The notes under the pieces: model-generated | What the model was told of the DNA's origin: nothing | Databases searched by the model: none | The model's input: only the letters and a program-made list of their open reading frames with translations | Shown here: piece after piece, positions 29,029 to 39,227 of the stretch | Layout of the letters: every line of letters begins with the position of its first letter | How positions within the stretch are numbered: the first letter of the stretch is position 1 | Program-made: the position numbers and the translations under genes | Origin: a virus | Taxonomy: Duplodnaviria; Caudoviricetes | DNA: 64,000 bases | IMG/VR virus record: IMGVR_UViG_2895532408_000002 | Location: 1-64,000 of that record | Direction: 5' to 3' (one strand)

Positions 29029-30061
29029 TTAAATACTGCCGCAACCTTCAGAGCGGAACGCACCTACAGGCATTTCCCAGTCGTCAGGGTGGCAGAATAT
29101 CGGTAAAAGATATTCGGATTGCTGGGCTTGGGCCAGCGCTGCCGAGTCCGTTATTTCTAACGGTTCGTTGAGTGCCGCTAACTCAGCAATATTTTTCTTG
29201 CTGCGGCTAATGGTTGTGTTGAATTGCTTTTCGTAATCCAACACGGTTTCAAAACGTTCACGAAAGTATTTCTTCATAGTGGCCCATATACTCCCGTGGT
29301 TATAAATACACGCTTGGCAGCTTGAGCGGTTCCAGCCTAAGCGATAGGGGACTGGTGCGACTACACCCGCTTGTTTTAAGGTGTCCCAGACTTTTTGTTC
29401 TGACCACTCGAGAACCGGACGCCAAGCATCAACGTGTCGAGCTGTTCTTCCATACCGAGTATCACAAGCATGAGGTTCTAGCTGATTGTACTTGGCGCGA
29501 TTACTCGACTCTTCACGACGTTCCCCTGTAATCATTAGTGTGCGCTTACCCTTAAATCGGTCTTGGTTATTCAAAGCGCGTCTAGCTACGTCAATTTTGA
29601 GTGCTGAGCTACACCATCTTGTTTGGAGACTCGCGGATTGTTGAGGGAACCTTAAACGGGTAGCGGGTTTAGAACGCTTCAAATCTCTTTCCAGAACCAA
29701 CAAACCGTCTGGTGTTTGCGTGAGTATCGGTTGACTGATAGTGTTTTCTTTCAGCATTTCACCTTCGAAGCCCCCCCTGCAGCCAACTAAAGTACAGCGG
29801 CAGACCCATAGAGGCACAGGCTTTCTTTGCATAGTCTGAAATAAAAGCCCAGTCCATGAGGTTAGAACCTTCACGGCCATCGACTTCATGGTGCCATATT
29901 TCTATTTTCTTTCTGTCTGCACCTTCAGCCAGGATATGAAGTAATGCGGCCCAGCTATCTTTCCCCATAGAGTGACATACGATAATGTGATCGTAGCTAT
30001 CTAGGTCCACGCTTGGCGCATGAAAGTATGTATCATCTTGTAATACTAGTTTCGTTTGCAT
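29029..30061 (-). pseudogene. PAPS-reductase-family (PP-loop) protein split by a frameshift in a G7 run
   Basis: SMGKDS in the 5' ORF; ITGERREES, WRPVLEW, YRLGWNRSSCQAC in the 3' ORF; C7 at 29771-29777, and G6 would restore LQGGFEGE. Confidence 0.8.
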
Positions 30062-30115
30062 CGTCAATTTCCAACAAGTTAATTAAAAAGGGGGGAGAAC
30101 ATTCCCCCCTAAGAT

Positions 30116-30307
30116 TTAGACCAATATCCAGTGGCCTTTAAGTTTGTCTCCTTCAGATACCGCATCCAGAAACCCTTCGGTTTGATTATCTTCTAGGGCT
30201 TTAGAAATCTTGGGTAATACTTCTGCCGTCAACTTCCGGTCTAGGTTTGGGTTTACTTTACCTTTGGCCTTATACATATACCGCCACTCAACTTTTAAGA
30301 TAGCCAT
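30116..30307 (-). CDS. Hypothetical protein
   Basis: 63-aa ORF with GAGG RBS. Confidence 0.55.
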   Translation of the reverse strand: MAILKVEWRYMYKAKGKVNPNLDRKLTAEVLPKISKALEDNQTEGFLDAVSEGDKLKGHWILV

Positions 30308-30309
30308 GA

Positions 30310-30927
30310 CTACGCCTCATACCGCACGATTTTCGTGAAAACCTTACAAGTGCTAAACGTGTCACTAGGTAACGTCTCGATTTCCTCATAACTGGGGTGG
30401 TCGAACGAATTTGGTACCACAGCAATAAGGACCCCTGTGAAGCGGAGTAACTTGCGTGCGGCCTCCATATGCGCTTTTACCTGTTTGAACGGTGGGTTCA
30501 TTATGATTTTTTCATAACGATACCCTGCGTTGTAACGGGCCTCAGCCCAGCTAAGAAAATCTTCGTGGTGCACTAAAGGCACTACACCATCACAATCCTC
30601 GCTACAAAACCGCTGCAGTAAGGCTTGAACTAACGAATACTCACGCTCGACAATAGTTATATCGTCGGCTTGGTGACCCACCGCTTTAACAGCCTGAACC
30701 AAATTACCGGTTCCCCCTGAAGGTTCTAGAACCTTATCGTCGGATTCCAACTCCAACAGCTCGACCATACGCTCAGCTATCGCCGGAGGCGTAACGTGGC
30801 ATTCCGTTGAGGCATGAACCACAACAGGTTTTGGGGCCTCGGAGAACTCGATAGGTTCGAGTTCTACTTTTTCCGGTGCGGTAACATGCTTTGGTTTATT
30901 GGGTCTTACGTAAACAGATGAATCCAT
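30310..30927 (-). CDS. SAM-dependent amino methyltransferase
   Basis: VLEPSGGTG, IIMNPPF. Confidence 0.85.
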   Translation of the reverse strand: MDSSVYVRPNKPKHVTAPEKVELEPIEFSEAPKPVVVHASTECHVTPPAIAERMVELLELESDDKVLEPSGGTGNLVQAVKAVGHQADDITIVEREYSLVQALLQRFCSEDCDGVVPLVHHEDFLSWAEARYNAGYRYEKIIMNPPFKQVKAHMEAARKLLRFTGVLIAVVPNSFDHPSYEEIETLPSDTFSTCKVFTKIVRYEA

Positions 30928-32312
30928 TAGGCTGTCTCCACTTCCACATACTCAAGAGCGGTTGAATTTGGCGCGGCGTGCGTCTTCGAGTCCGTTAGGT
31001 AAACTGCAGACCATTCGCCTTTCCAGTAGTCCTGTCCTTCAGGAACAATACGGCAAACCTTTACTCTGAACTGACCACATGAGCTCGGCTTCACGCCTCG
31101 CTGTTCACTATGGGTAGCTGAGTAATCCGCTTTCGTCATTGAGACGATAGAGTACTTGTTTACGTTGCCCCACATTTTCACCGTCACGCTTTTTACTTCT
31201 TCTGGTGATAGGTTAAGAATCGGTGGAGCCTTAGGCTTAGGTACCGGTACTTCATAGCCCACATCCATCATTAAGTCGCGCCATGCCATTTCTTCAAGTT
31301 CAAGGGTTGAGCCGGTACCAATGTGGATAGGTAGGTCGTTGTCACACTCCACAATCCAGCCAAAGTCCGACTTAGTAGCTTTCGGTTTATCCGCGCCGTG
31401 TGTTCTAAGGAACGTCTGCAATAATGGAGCGGTAATCTTCCCCGTGTAGTACTCGACTTCCCCCAATTGAGCACGTTCGTAAGTAAGACGATTCAAGATA
31501 TGGTTTATCTTGCGGTGTAAGTTTTGGTCGTTCTTACGTTTGGTACCTAACTCAATATTGGCGTCGATAATTTCCAATAAAGGTTTCTTATCTTCTTTAA
31601 TGTCGCGGTAACTATCTGAAATGCAGATATCCCAACGGTAATTCGCAATCATCAAAGCAAAGGCCTTTTGCTTCTCGGCGTCCTCCATACCTTTACAGCG
31701 TTCCCAAAGAGATAAACAATCGCCAGCGGCGTGCAAATAACGCTGTTGCTTACGTAAATCCGTAAGTAGCGTTTTAATGCGACGGTAGATAACGTCAGGG
31801 CGATTTTTGTGGTTAGCGTGAGCAATGGTACCCATCATGCGCCAGTTCCAATAGCGAACCGCTGAGCTGGCTTCCTTGGCGCGTTCTTCGTTTCGCTCTT
31901 GCGCTTCTTGCGCTTTTTGCATTTTACGCTGACTGTGATGGCCCATGAGAATAGGTTGATCACCAAACTCCATACTGTTCGCAGCGGCACTAAAACCTCG
32001 TGCTTGGTCAGCACGCTTTTCAGCAAGGGCTCTTAGACGCTCAGCCTTCACTTCTGCACGTTCGGCCATCGTCGTGTCTTCAGGTTCAATCGTACCGGCC
32101 AAGCGAATACATAAATCTTCCGCTTCAGGGGACCAAGAGGGTTTAACGAAGAGTTCTTGTTTTGGCGCCCAACCAAAGCCCAGTTCCTTAAGCTCGTTAT
32201 AAAGGTCGGTGTCTAAGCGGCAGAGCGGATAAATACGCAACTTGTTATCTTCAGGTGAGTAAGTGGCGCGTTCGATATCTTCGTGTTTTGTAGCAATAGT
32301 TTGATTAGTCAT
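30927..32312 (-). CDS. DUF3560-like protein, coupled to the methyltransferase
   Basis: ATYSPEDNKLRIY...GDQPILMGHHS...YW, a pattern recalled from plasmid/ICE proteins. Confidence 0.65.
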   Translation of the reverse strand: MTNQTIATKHEDIERATYSPEDNKLRIYPLCRLDTDLYNELKELGFGWAPKQELFVKPSWSPEAEDLCIRLAGTIEPEDTTMAERAEVKAERLRALAEKRADQARGFSAAANSMEFGDQPILMGHHSQRKMQKAQEAQERNEERAKEASSAVRYWNWRMMGTIAHANHKNRPDVIYRRIKTLLTDLRKQQRYLHAAGDCLSLWERCKGMEDAEKQKAFALMIANYRWDICISDSYRDIKEDKKPLLEIIDANIELGTKRKNDQNLHRKINHILNRLTYERAQLGEVEYYTGKITAPLLQTFLRTHGADKPKATKSDFGWIVECDNDLPIHIGTGSTLELEEMAWRDLMMDVGYEVPVPKPKAPPILNLSPEEVKSVTVKMWGNVNKYSIVSMTKADYSATHSEQRGVKPSSCGQFRVKVCRIVPEGQDYWKGEWSAVYLTDSKTHAAPNSTALEYVEVETA

Positions 32313-32381
32313 AATCGTCAATTTCCAAATTGTAAAAGTTAATTGAAGGGGGAGAACATTCCCCCTAGCGTTGGTTAGAGT

Positions 32382-32597
32382 TTAAAGGTTTTTGAAATAC
32401 TCCGATTGCTCTATCAAAACGTTAAGTTTTTTCTGGTCTTCAAAGTTTGGCAAGTCTACAGGGCAACCATCACAGTCTATCAATCTGAACTTGCCGTTCT
32501 TTTTGCTTAAGCCCCAAGACACTTTATCAATGTCAAACCAATCAATGGTATCGTCGTCTTGAGTGTAATGTTGCGTTTCAATATGTTTCACTTCCAT
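32382..32597 (-). CDS. Hypothetical protein
   Basis: Single ORF between two dyad repeats. Confidence 0.6.
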   Translation of the reverse strand: MEVKHIETQHYTQDDDTIDWFDIDKVSWGLSKKNGKFRLIDCDGCPVDLPNFEDQKKLNVLIEQSEYFKNL

Positions 32598-32648
32598 ACG
32601 AGTTCCTTTTGTAAAAGTTAATTGAAAGGGGAGAACATTCCCCCCTAG

Positions 32649-33800
32649 TTAAACGGCTGCAGCAATCGCTTTTGCTTCAGCCAGGACCTTTTCTTCTTCC
32701 GCGAGTTCTTCTTCAGATAACTCGATCCCCGCGTCTTTAGCCATTTGATAGTACGTCATTCTCACCGCAACCGCATTACTCTTCATTTTGTAGTCATGAG
32801 ATACGCAGCGATGTTCCCACTTGCCGTTGTCTTTGTCGAAGTAGTGCCAGTTTTTCTCGTTACTCGGGCTACTTTCTTCTAAGAAGTTACTTAGCACTTC
32901 AGGGCCAATTTCAAGTTCTTCCGCTTTTCGAAAGAGCAGGGCCAAAGCCTTCAGTGTCACTGTGAAAGGAAGAATATAAAATTGTCTCGTGAACTGCGCC
33001 GACGGGTGTATATATTCCTTACAAACGTGAGGGTGTGACGTATACAACTGCCGTAGTTTTTGACTGATAAACATTTTGTCTAAGAAGACTTTTAAATATT
33101 CCGCCATGCGCTCCGGTGAGTTGTCTTTACCACAAAATAGCTTGGCAAACTCATTGAGCTGTTTTAATGCCCAGAATTTCTCTGAGTCCCCCGTACAACT
33201 GTTCTTCTCATACTCAACCACCGCACGAATATCCGAAGCCTGTACCGTATCCATCAATGTCGACGCTATCGGGTCCGCGTTGTTGTATGCAATGCGGATA
33301 GAGTCAACCGGTACCTTTTGCATCGAGTTAATATCATGGAATGCCTGTTGTCTTTCCGATAAATCCAGCATCGGGAAAAGCATAATTGATACTTGGCTGT
33401 TTTGAAGCATCGGATACTCTTGCAAAGCAAGCTGAACCCCTTTGGCTCGGTGCTGGCCATCAAACAAAAGCATTTGAGCATCTAGGTCCACACGCAGATG
33501 GCCTATATTTCTATACTGATCCATTTGCACTTCAACGAAGTCAAAGTCTCCCTCCAACGAGCCCACTAAAGGTGGAACGACAAACATCGTATCGTTTTTA
33601 TGGTTCTCGATTAGGTACTTTGCGAACTTCTTAGCACGCGGGACATTTACTAACCGTTGGCTACGTTTCGTAATATCCCAGTGGTCATCTAGTTTCAAAA
33701 GCGAACTCAACTGGCGCAAAGGAATTAGCACTTGGTAAAAAGGTCTTGAACCTTGCACGCCTCGAGAGGCCAGGAGTTTGTATTCAATTTTATCCATCAT
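32649..33800 (-). CDS. DGQHR-domain protein (DndB-like)
   Basis: SQRLVN..RAKK, PPLVGS, FDGQHR, FHDIN. Confidence 0.85.
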   Translation of the reverse strand: MMDKIEYKLLASRGVQGSRPFYQVLIPLRQLSSLLKLDDHWDITKRSQRLVNVPRAKKFAKYLIENHKNDTMFVVPPLVGSLEGDFDFVEVQMDQYRNIGHLRVDLDAQMLLFDGQHRAKGVQLALQEYPMLQNSQVSIMLFPMLDLSERQQAFHDINSMQKVPVDSIRIAYNNADPIASTLMDTVQASDIRAVVEYEKNSCTGDSEKFWALKQLNEFAKLFCGKDNSPERMAEYLKVFLDKMFISQKLRQLYTSHPHVCKEYIHPSAQFTRQFYILPFTVTLKALALLFRKAEELEIGPEVLSNFLEESSPSNEKNWHYFDKDNGKWEHRCVSHDYKMKSNAVAVRMTYYQMAKDAGIELSEEELAEEEKVLAEAKAIAAAV

Positions 33801-33803
33801 AAT

Positions 33804-34031
33804 TTAGTTCTCGTCTATAAAGTCGTCAGGGTCAGCGGTAATTTTCAAGTGAACTTGAACGCGCTTACCTTTGTGTTCAATCGTGGAGAGCCAAACTTCA
33901 ACGTCGGTACCCGTTTCATCAATGTAGTCTTGGGTCAACTCTCCGATCATTTGGTTGAAGTGAGAAGATTCCTCACAGATGATTTGCCCCAGAGTCACAT
34001 CATAACCAGGGTTTTCGCAATGGTTCTTCAT
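33804..34031 (-). CDS. Small acidic hypothetical protein
   Basis: Coupled ORF. Confidence 0.55.
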   Translation of the reverse strand: MKNHCENPGYDVTLGQIICEESSHFNQMIGELTQDYIDETGTDVEVWLSTIEHKGKRVQVHLKITADPDDFIDEN

Positions 34032-34831
34032 GCGGCCACCTGTTTAGTTCGGCCATACGTTTTATGGCGTAGTTCTCGATAACCGTGACTGCTCAAGATA
34101 TTTCTAGTCTCGGAAGTGATAGACCACGTAGAACAGAACTCAGTGCGTAGCCCGATACCTTGATAGTCTTTGCGCTGACCCGCCGTATTTATCATTCGGT
34201 CAACAACCAATAAGTCGTGGGGATATCCCTTCACGAACCATTCGATTTTATTGCCGAACTCGGTTAATACGTCTTCAAAAAACACCATACCCGTGTCGTA
34301 GGCCAGCGTGTCTTTGGCAATAACGAAACTATATAGCGCGGCAAGAAAGATATCGGCATTAGCAATATCGCCACCCCAACGCCAGTCATGGTCTGGATGC
34401 GTCGGCGCTCGAGACTGACTTAGAATTATTCGGTGAGGTTGTGCACTTAACATCAAGTCAGTTAAAGCTTTCGATAAACTCACACCGCGAGGGACAATAA
34501 ATTTCTTACTGCTTTGGTGTAGCTTTACACGCCACTTGTGAGCCGTGCGATTGCCTAAGTTGATAAGTTTTTCACTCATCATTTGTAACTTTTCTTCCCA
34601 GCTCAAAACTGAATACTGCTCGGAATACACACTTACCGCTTGCTTAAGATGAAAATCAAATAACTGGCGTAACTTGTCGTGAAGGTCTTCAACGGTACCG
34701 GTACCATCTGAGCCAAATCGAGAGGTGTTATCTTCTAAGAACTTTACGAAGCGTGGTTGTGTAATCGCGTCAGCAATTACAAATAGCATCGTGGCCGTAG
34801 CCTGTTTATTGATACGTTTAACATCAGTCAT
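34028..34831 (-). CDS. Hypothetical protein
   Basis: ATG after start motif and dyad. Confidence 0.65.
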   Translation of the reverse strand: MTDVKRINKQATATMLFVIADAITQPRFVKFLEDNTSRFGSDGTGTVEDLHDKLRQLFDFHLKQAVSVYSEQYSVLSWEEKLQMMSEKLINLGNRTAHKWRVKLHQSSKKFIVPRGVSLSKALTDLMLSAQPHRIILSQSRAPTHPDHDWRWGGDIANADIFLAALYSFVIAKDTLAYDTGMVFFEDVLTEFGNKIEWFVKGYPHDLLVVDRMINTAGQRKDYQGIGLRTEFCSTWSITSETRNILSSHGYRELRHKTYGRTKQVAA

Positions 34832-34890
34832 GATCGTCAATTTCCAATTTTAAAAGTTAATTAAGAGGGGGGAATATTCTCCCCCGAGCG

Positions 34891-35169
34891 TTACGACTTT
34901 TCAGGTCGTTCGAACTTCTCACCACAATAGCAGCAATGGCTTGCTATTATCGTTATTGAATCTTTCTTAAGATTCTTTTGCGGGGTACCGTCTCGCTTCA
35001 TAGGCCGATACTCGTAGTCAATTTTAGGACTGGTTGGAGCATACTGACCTTCCGCAAGCATATAAGCTCGGCCCTGCCACTCGGCTTTAAAGTCTTCCAC
35101 GTTGTCCGGCAATTGCGCTTTAATATGCTCGGTTACTTTTTCCATCGTTTCTTCAAAACAATTACACAT
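34891..35169 (-). CDS. Hypothetical protein with terminal Cys motifs
   Basis: MCNC...CCYCG. Confidence 0.65.
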   Translation of the reverse strand: MCNCFEETMEKVTEHIKAQLPDNVEDFKAEWQGRAYMLAEGQYAPTSPKIDYEYRPMKRDGTPQKNLKKDSITIIASHCCYCGEKFERPEKS

Positions 35170-35180
35170 CGTCAATTTCC

Positions 35181-35423
35181 TTAGCTTGCAGCCCGTATCG
35201 GGCTATGGGGGGTTACTTCATACCAATCGTAGAGCTTCATAGTCTCTCGACTATAATCTCGCTCCCACGTTCGGCCATTTGCATCTACTAAACAGTAAGG
35301 CACTTTACGTCGCTCACACATGCTGTCGGCGTGCTCTTTTGCCTTATCCGGACTCGGAGCAAAGAACTCTTGAGTCCGTCGCTGATGTGTGAACCTGTCG
35401 TGATACACCAGTTCGTACTTCAC
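35181..35423 (-). CDS. Hypothetical protein
   Basis: GTG start with AAGGTGG upstream. Confidence 0.55.
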   Translation of the reverse strand: MKYELVYHDRFTHQRRTQEFFAPSPDKAKEHADSMCERRKVPYCLVDANGRTWERDYSRETMKLYDWYEVTPHSPIRAAS

Positions 35424-36323
35424 TTAAGCCACCTTGTCTAATTTTTTACTTTGTTGAAAATAGCGGTACAACTCGCCGCCTACCCATTCACCTTTCGGCA
35501 CTGACACACCATTACCAATCTGGCGATATGCTGACGTAGCCGATACTGGGAACGTAAACCAGTCTGGTACTCCCTGCAGCCTCGCATACTCACGCACCGA
35601 GTAAGGACGAACACCCATTGGGAATCGCTTGTCAGCAACCAAGCGCGTCGATTTGTCCTTGGCATAGTGAGCGACACACGTTGGCGCTAAATCCCCTTTG
35701 CTCGGGTCGCTGATTATTGGGAGGTCGCGGTACTTACCCGTCATTCTCGCTTTAATAGCACTAGGCAACGTTACTTCTGGGTCATGCTCGACAATCTCAG
35801 CCAGCGTCACCGGACGACAGTTCTTAGGGGGGCGAATTTCAAATGGTCTGCGGGTACCAAAAATAATCAGACGATCTCTTCGCTGGGGTAACCAATGCTG
35901 GGATTGCACCGGGCAAAAAACGTGAACATAGTAATCCGGCAACTTTGTCATAGCCTCCATTACTAGCGGGAACGCTCTCATTCCTGGCACATTTTCAACC
36001 ACGTAAGCATCGGGCTTGCGAATGGCCAAGTGACGCAAAGCATGAAGGAATAAATCGTCACCCGTTCTTACACCATGAATATCACCTATCGTGGAATATT
36101 TGGTGCAAGGGTAGGTGAAGATCATGGCATCACATTCTTCTTGGTTTAACACCAGCTCTTCGGTCAAGTCGCATTGTTTGATATGGTGGCCAATATTCTC
36201 GCGATACGTCTTAACAGCATCGTTATCAATTTCAAAAGCTTGGTTTATTGTTAAACCCGCGTTTATTAGCCCAATATCCATAAGGCCGGCACCACAAAAA
36301 TAACTGTTTACATTTATTTGCAT
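35424..36323 (-). CDS. DNA cytosine-C5 methyltransferase
   Basis: FCGAG, YPC, VENV, QRRDR, RLQG, QIGNGV. Confidence 0.93.
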   Translation of the reverse strand: MQINVNSYFCGAGLMDIGLINAGLTINQAFEIDNDAVKTYRENIGHHIKQCDLTEELVLNQEECDAMIFTYPCTKYSTIGDIHGVRTGDDLFLHALRHLAIRKPDAYVVENVPGMRAFPLVMEAMTKLPDYYVHVFCPVQSQHWLPQRRDRLIIFGTRRPFEIRPPKNCRPVTLAEIVEHDPEVTLPSAIKARMTGKYRDLPIISDPSKGDLAPTCVAHYAKDKSTRLVADKRFPMGVRPYSVREYARLQGVPDWFTFPVSATSAYRQIGNGVSVPKGEWVGGELYRYFQQSKKLDKVA

Positions 36324-36353
36324 CGTCAATTTCCAAATTTAAGAGTTAATTGT

Positions 36354-36899
36354 TTAACTACCGTCGCGATTCCTACGGCGCTTTCTCTCTTCGTACATAT
36401 ACTTCTTGGCTTGGGTGTCGCAGAACTCATTTACCGCTGAGCGTTTATTACCATACCCGCTATGGCCTTTAACCCACTTCCACTTTATGTACTTCAGTTT
36501 CAAGTGTTTTAAGTTCTCCGTCATAACTGGCTTTAGTTTTCTGATTGCTCCTTGGCAATCCGACTGGATTACTAAAACTTTCCCCTCCCAGCTAAAACCT
36601 GTGTTAAAGGATTTATTGCGTTGAGCGTGAGTTAAGGTGTGGATAACAGCACAAATCTCAGCTTCTTCGGCGTTATTACATTGGTCGAGAATCCCACCTA
36701 CACGAAAGGTTCTTGGCGGGAATCCCGCTTTTACCCAACCACCAAAACCCCCCGCTTTTGTTTTTGGGCAGAAACTAGCATCACAGAACAATGTGATAAA
36801 CAAGTCTCGGTTATCAGGCTCAGCCTCAGGGTGCGAAACAATCGGTTCGCTGCTTGTTACGTCCCAAGGTGGAGCGTCAGGATCAAAGTCTTTGAACAT
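36354..36899 (-). CDS. Ribonuclease HI-like protein
   Basis: FCDAS, AEICAV, QSDCQ, WVKGHSG...NEFCD. Confidence 0.85.
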   Translation of the reverse strand: MFKDFDPDAPPWDVTSSEPIVSHPEAEPDNRDLFITLFCDASFCPKTKAGGFGGWVKAGFPPRTFRVGGILDQCNNAEEAEICAVIHTLTHAQRNKSFNTGFSWEGKVLVIQSDCQGAIRKLKPVMTENLKHLKLKYIKWKWVKGHSGYGNKRSAVNEFCDTQAKKYMYEERKRRRNRDGS

Positions 36900-36905
36900 A
36901 ACTAA

Positions 36906-37832
36906 TTACTCGTGTCTAAATAAATCAGAACCCGACTTAACCGGTGCCTTATGGCTGGCACGGTGCTCAAGACTTGGGGCCGGTTCAATCGGCTCAAGTG
37001 ACATTACCTCGGCCAGCGTATCGCTATTTTCTCGAAGCCAATCCAAAAGAACCTCCCGTTTTCGAGCATCCGTTTGGGCTTTTGTTACACTCGGCGGCAT
37101 TAAGAGAGGTAAATCATCTACGTTAAGCTTTTCTAATACGTTATTCGCTCTAGCTATACTCATAACGTGTCCGAGTGAGTTTGCTATGGCCCCCTCGCTA
37201 TCATCATCTAATGGACCAACATTGAATTGTGGGGTAACTCGGTATTCACCATCAGGTATTAACCAACGGAACTCATCCCAAATTTCGAGAAACTGCTCGT
37301 CTAACTTAGCGACACGCTCATCTGTAGTTAAAGCTCTGGCCGGTTGAGACCCCGCACGATTAGTATATTGCTTTGGTTCAGGCTTACGTTTGAGAAAACC
37401 CGTACCCTTACCATTAATCACAAATATCTCGCTACGTACCATTGATAGAATATCTGAATAAGATTGAGCAAAATCATAACCACTAAAGGCTACAGGTTCA
37501 GAGCCCCCGTGTGTTAGGTGGGCATGATAAATGTAGTAACCCATTGTGATATCCGCCTCGTTGGTGAATGCTGTTAATATTGCATTCGCGGTCTCGGGGC
37601 ACATTAACGGGATAGTGGTAGAGAGACTATTCTGGGTTACTTCTTCAACCGCGATAAGTGTTTCGTAAGTGTTACTTGAAGCGGGTTTCTTCATTTCAAC
37701 TAACTTATTGTGAACTTGCTTTTCTTCGTAATCCGTCAAGTTACTCAGCGCTTCGCCAAGTTTCTCTTTGTTCCAAACAATCATTCGTGCCTCTACTACG
37801 ACACCGTTACCTAATTTAAAACCTTTTTTCAT
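36906..37832 (-). CDS. Hypothetical protein
   Basis: 308-aa ORF after start motif. Confidence 0.65.
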   Translation of the reverse strand: MKKGFKLGNGVVVEARMIVWNKEKLGEALSNLTDYEEKQVHNKLVEMKKPASSNTYETLIAVEEVTQNSLSTTIPLMCPETANAILTAFTNEADITMGYYIYHAHLTHGGSEPVAFSGYDFAQSYSDILSMVRSEIFVINGKGTGFLKRKPEPKQYTNRAGSQPARALTTDERVAKLDEQFLEIWDEFRWLIPDGEYRVTPQFNVGPLDDDSEGAIANSLGHVMSIARANNVLEKLNVDDLPLLMPPSVTKAQTDARKREVLLDWLRENSDTLAEVMSLEPIEPAPSLEHRASHKAPVKSGSDLFRHE

Positions 37833-37876
37833 CGTCAATTTCCTAAGTTAATTCCAAAGGGGGAGAACATTCCCCC

Positions 37877-38065
37877 CTAAATCACGCTAATTATTACTGC
37901 TTCACGGTTAAAACATTCCGAGCAGATATTCTTGCTCGAACCCATTAACTCAAGTTCCATTTCTATTGCACGGCGTCTCGAGTCACTTATCTTTGACTGG
38001 CACTTTGAACAGTGCGCGTCAGCCTTTGCAGGGGTGAGGTTTTGAAAGTTAGGGATACTACTCAC
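37877..38065 (-). CDS. TraR/DksA-type C4 zinc-finger protein
   Basis: CSKCQSKISDSRRRA...CSEC; AAGGAG RBS. Confidence 0.55.
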   Translation of the reverse strand: MSSIPNFQNLTPAKADAHCSKCQSKISDSRRRAIEMELELMGSSKNICSECFNREAVIISVI

Positions 38066-38089
38066 CGTGTTTTCTCCTTATCGTCAATT

Positions 38090-38350
38090 TTAATCGTTAG
38101 GTTCTAGGTCTAAATACAACTGCCAGCGGAAACCGGCCGACGTTACAAAAAATAGTAACTGGCCTGTTTGGTCGCAGTATTCTTTTCTACACGTTTCCTC
38201 AAAGGAATCGCACTGAATAAATGTCTTGTCGAACTCAGTAATAGCTTCAACGCGACCATGAAATATCTTCGGAGGCCAGAAACTAAATTCCTCGCTCTCC
38301 GGCTTACGACACACGATCATGTGGACGTTTTTATTCTTCTTCTTTGGCAT
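38090..38350 (-). CDS. Hypothetical protein
   Basis: Start MPKKKNK with GGAGG upstream. Confidence 0.55.
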   Translation of the reverse strand: MPKKKNKNVHMIVCRKPESEEFSFWPPKIFHGRVEAITEFDKTFIQCDSFEETCRKEYCDQTGQLLFFVTSAGFRWQLYLDLEPND

Positions 38351-39227
38351 CTTCAAAGTCCTCCAAACGTTCGTTCCAGTCTTCTTGATACAGCGAGAAG
38401 AAAATAGCTTGTAGTGCGGTATCATCCGCCAAGCAAACGGCTTTACCCGCACCCCCACAATCAGCATCTAGCGCTCGACTCAATTCATCGGCACAAGTGA
38501 TAGTGAGAACCGGCACTTGGTTTTCCGCTTCAGGATCATCAGGGTCAACCCACTCAAGGTTTTCCATGATGTAGTCGTGAATGCTGTACTTACCTTCTAC
38601 GAATTCCATCCAGCCCCATTCTTCATCCGCTAGAATATAGCGGATGGGCATACCTGAACTGACTCTTTCGGGGATGTTGTAGAATGCAATATCTTTATCC
38701 GCCAAAATCTCTTCGGAGGTGTAACGGTGTGGGTGTGGCTGTTTTCTTTCTTCCACCCCCAAAAGACCATCTAATAACAACGCCAGCACATGCTTCATAA
38801 ACTCCAACGCTTCAGACGCGGTAGGTGTTTCGGTTCGTAGATGCGTGAATCGTTGGGACTCCTGAGGTAGATACTTTTCCGCCGCATCCCTTCTTAGGTA
38901 TTGGGACCCCGCAACAATCGCATCCGCAACCTTACCTATTTCATGGTGTAAAGCCCAAAAAACTTGCTCGGCAGCTATTTGGCTTCGAAAATCCTCAGTA
39001 TCAATATCTAGGAACTTCTGAATTTCTGGTGTTACGGCCCCATAGCCAGCAACACAAGCCGGAGTACCACAGGTGTGAATATCTTTCGCTTCATTAGCCA
39101 CCATTTCACTGCCAAAATAAGAAATCATTTCCAAAGGCAACTCCGCCTCAACCACTTTCTCCATCGTTGTGATTAACATGCGGAGTAGGGGGAACCGAGG
39201 GTTTACTTTTGGTGGTTGGTTATTCAT
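38331..39227 (-). CDS. Hypothetical protein; N-terminal domain paralogous to 40287-40769
   Basis: DIHTCGTPACVAGYGAV motif shared. Confidence 0.7.
   Translation of the reverse strand: MNNQPPKVNPRFPLLRMLITTMEKVVEAELPLEMISYFGSEMVANEAKDIHTCGTPACVAGYGAVTPEIQKFLDIDTEDFRSQIAAEQVFWALHHEIGKVADAIVAGSQYLRRDAAEKYLPQESQRFTHLRTETPTASEALEFMKHVLALLLDGLLGVEERKQPHPHRYTSEEILADKDIAFYNIPERVSSGMPIRYILADEEWGWMEFVEGKYSIHDYIMENLEWVDPDDPEAENQVPVLTITCADELSRALDADCGGAGKAVCLADDTALQAIFFSLYQEDWNERLEDFEDAKEEE

Noticed and set aside
29029-33800. Complete Dnd phosphorothioation system
   Set aside because: Only DndB-like and PAPS-reductase-like genes, non-adjacent; no DndA/D/E or restriction module
36637-37347. 236-aa plus-strand ORF and the many other short antisense ORFs in the track
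   Set aside because: They shadow well-supported opposite-strand genes and show no RBS or recognisable motifs
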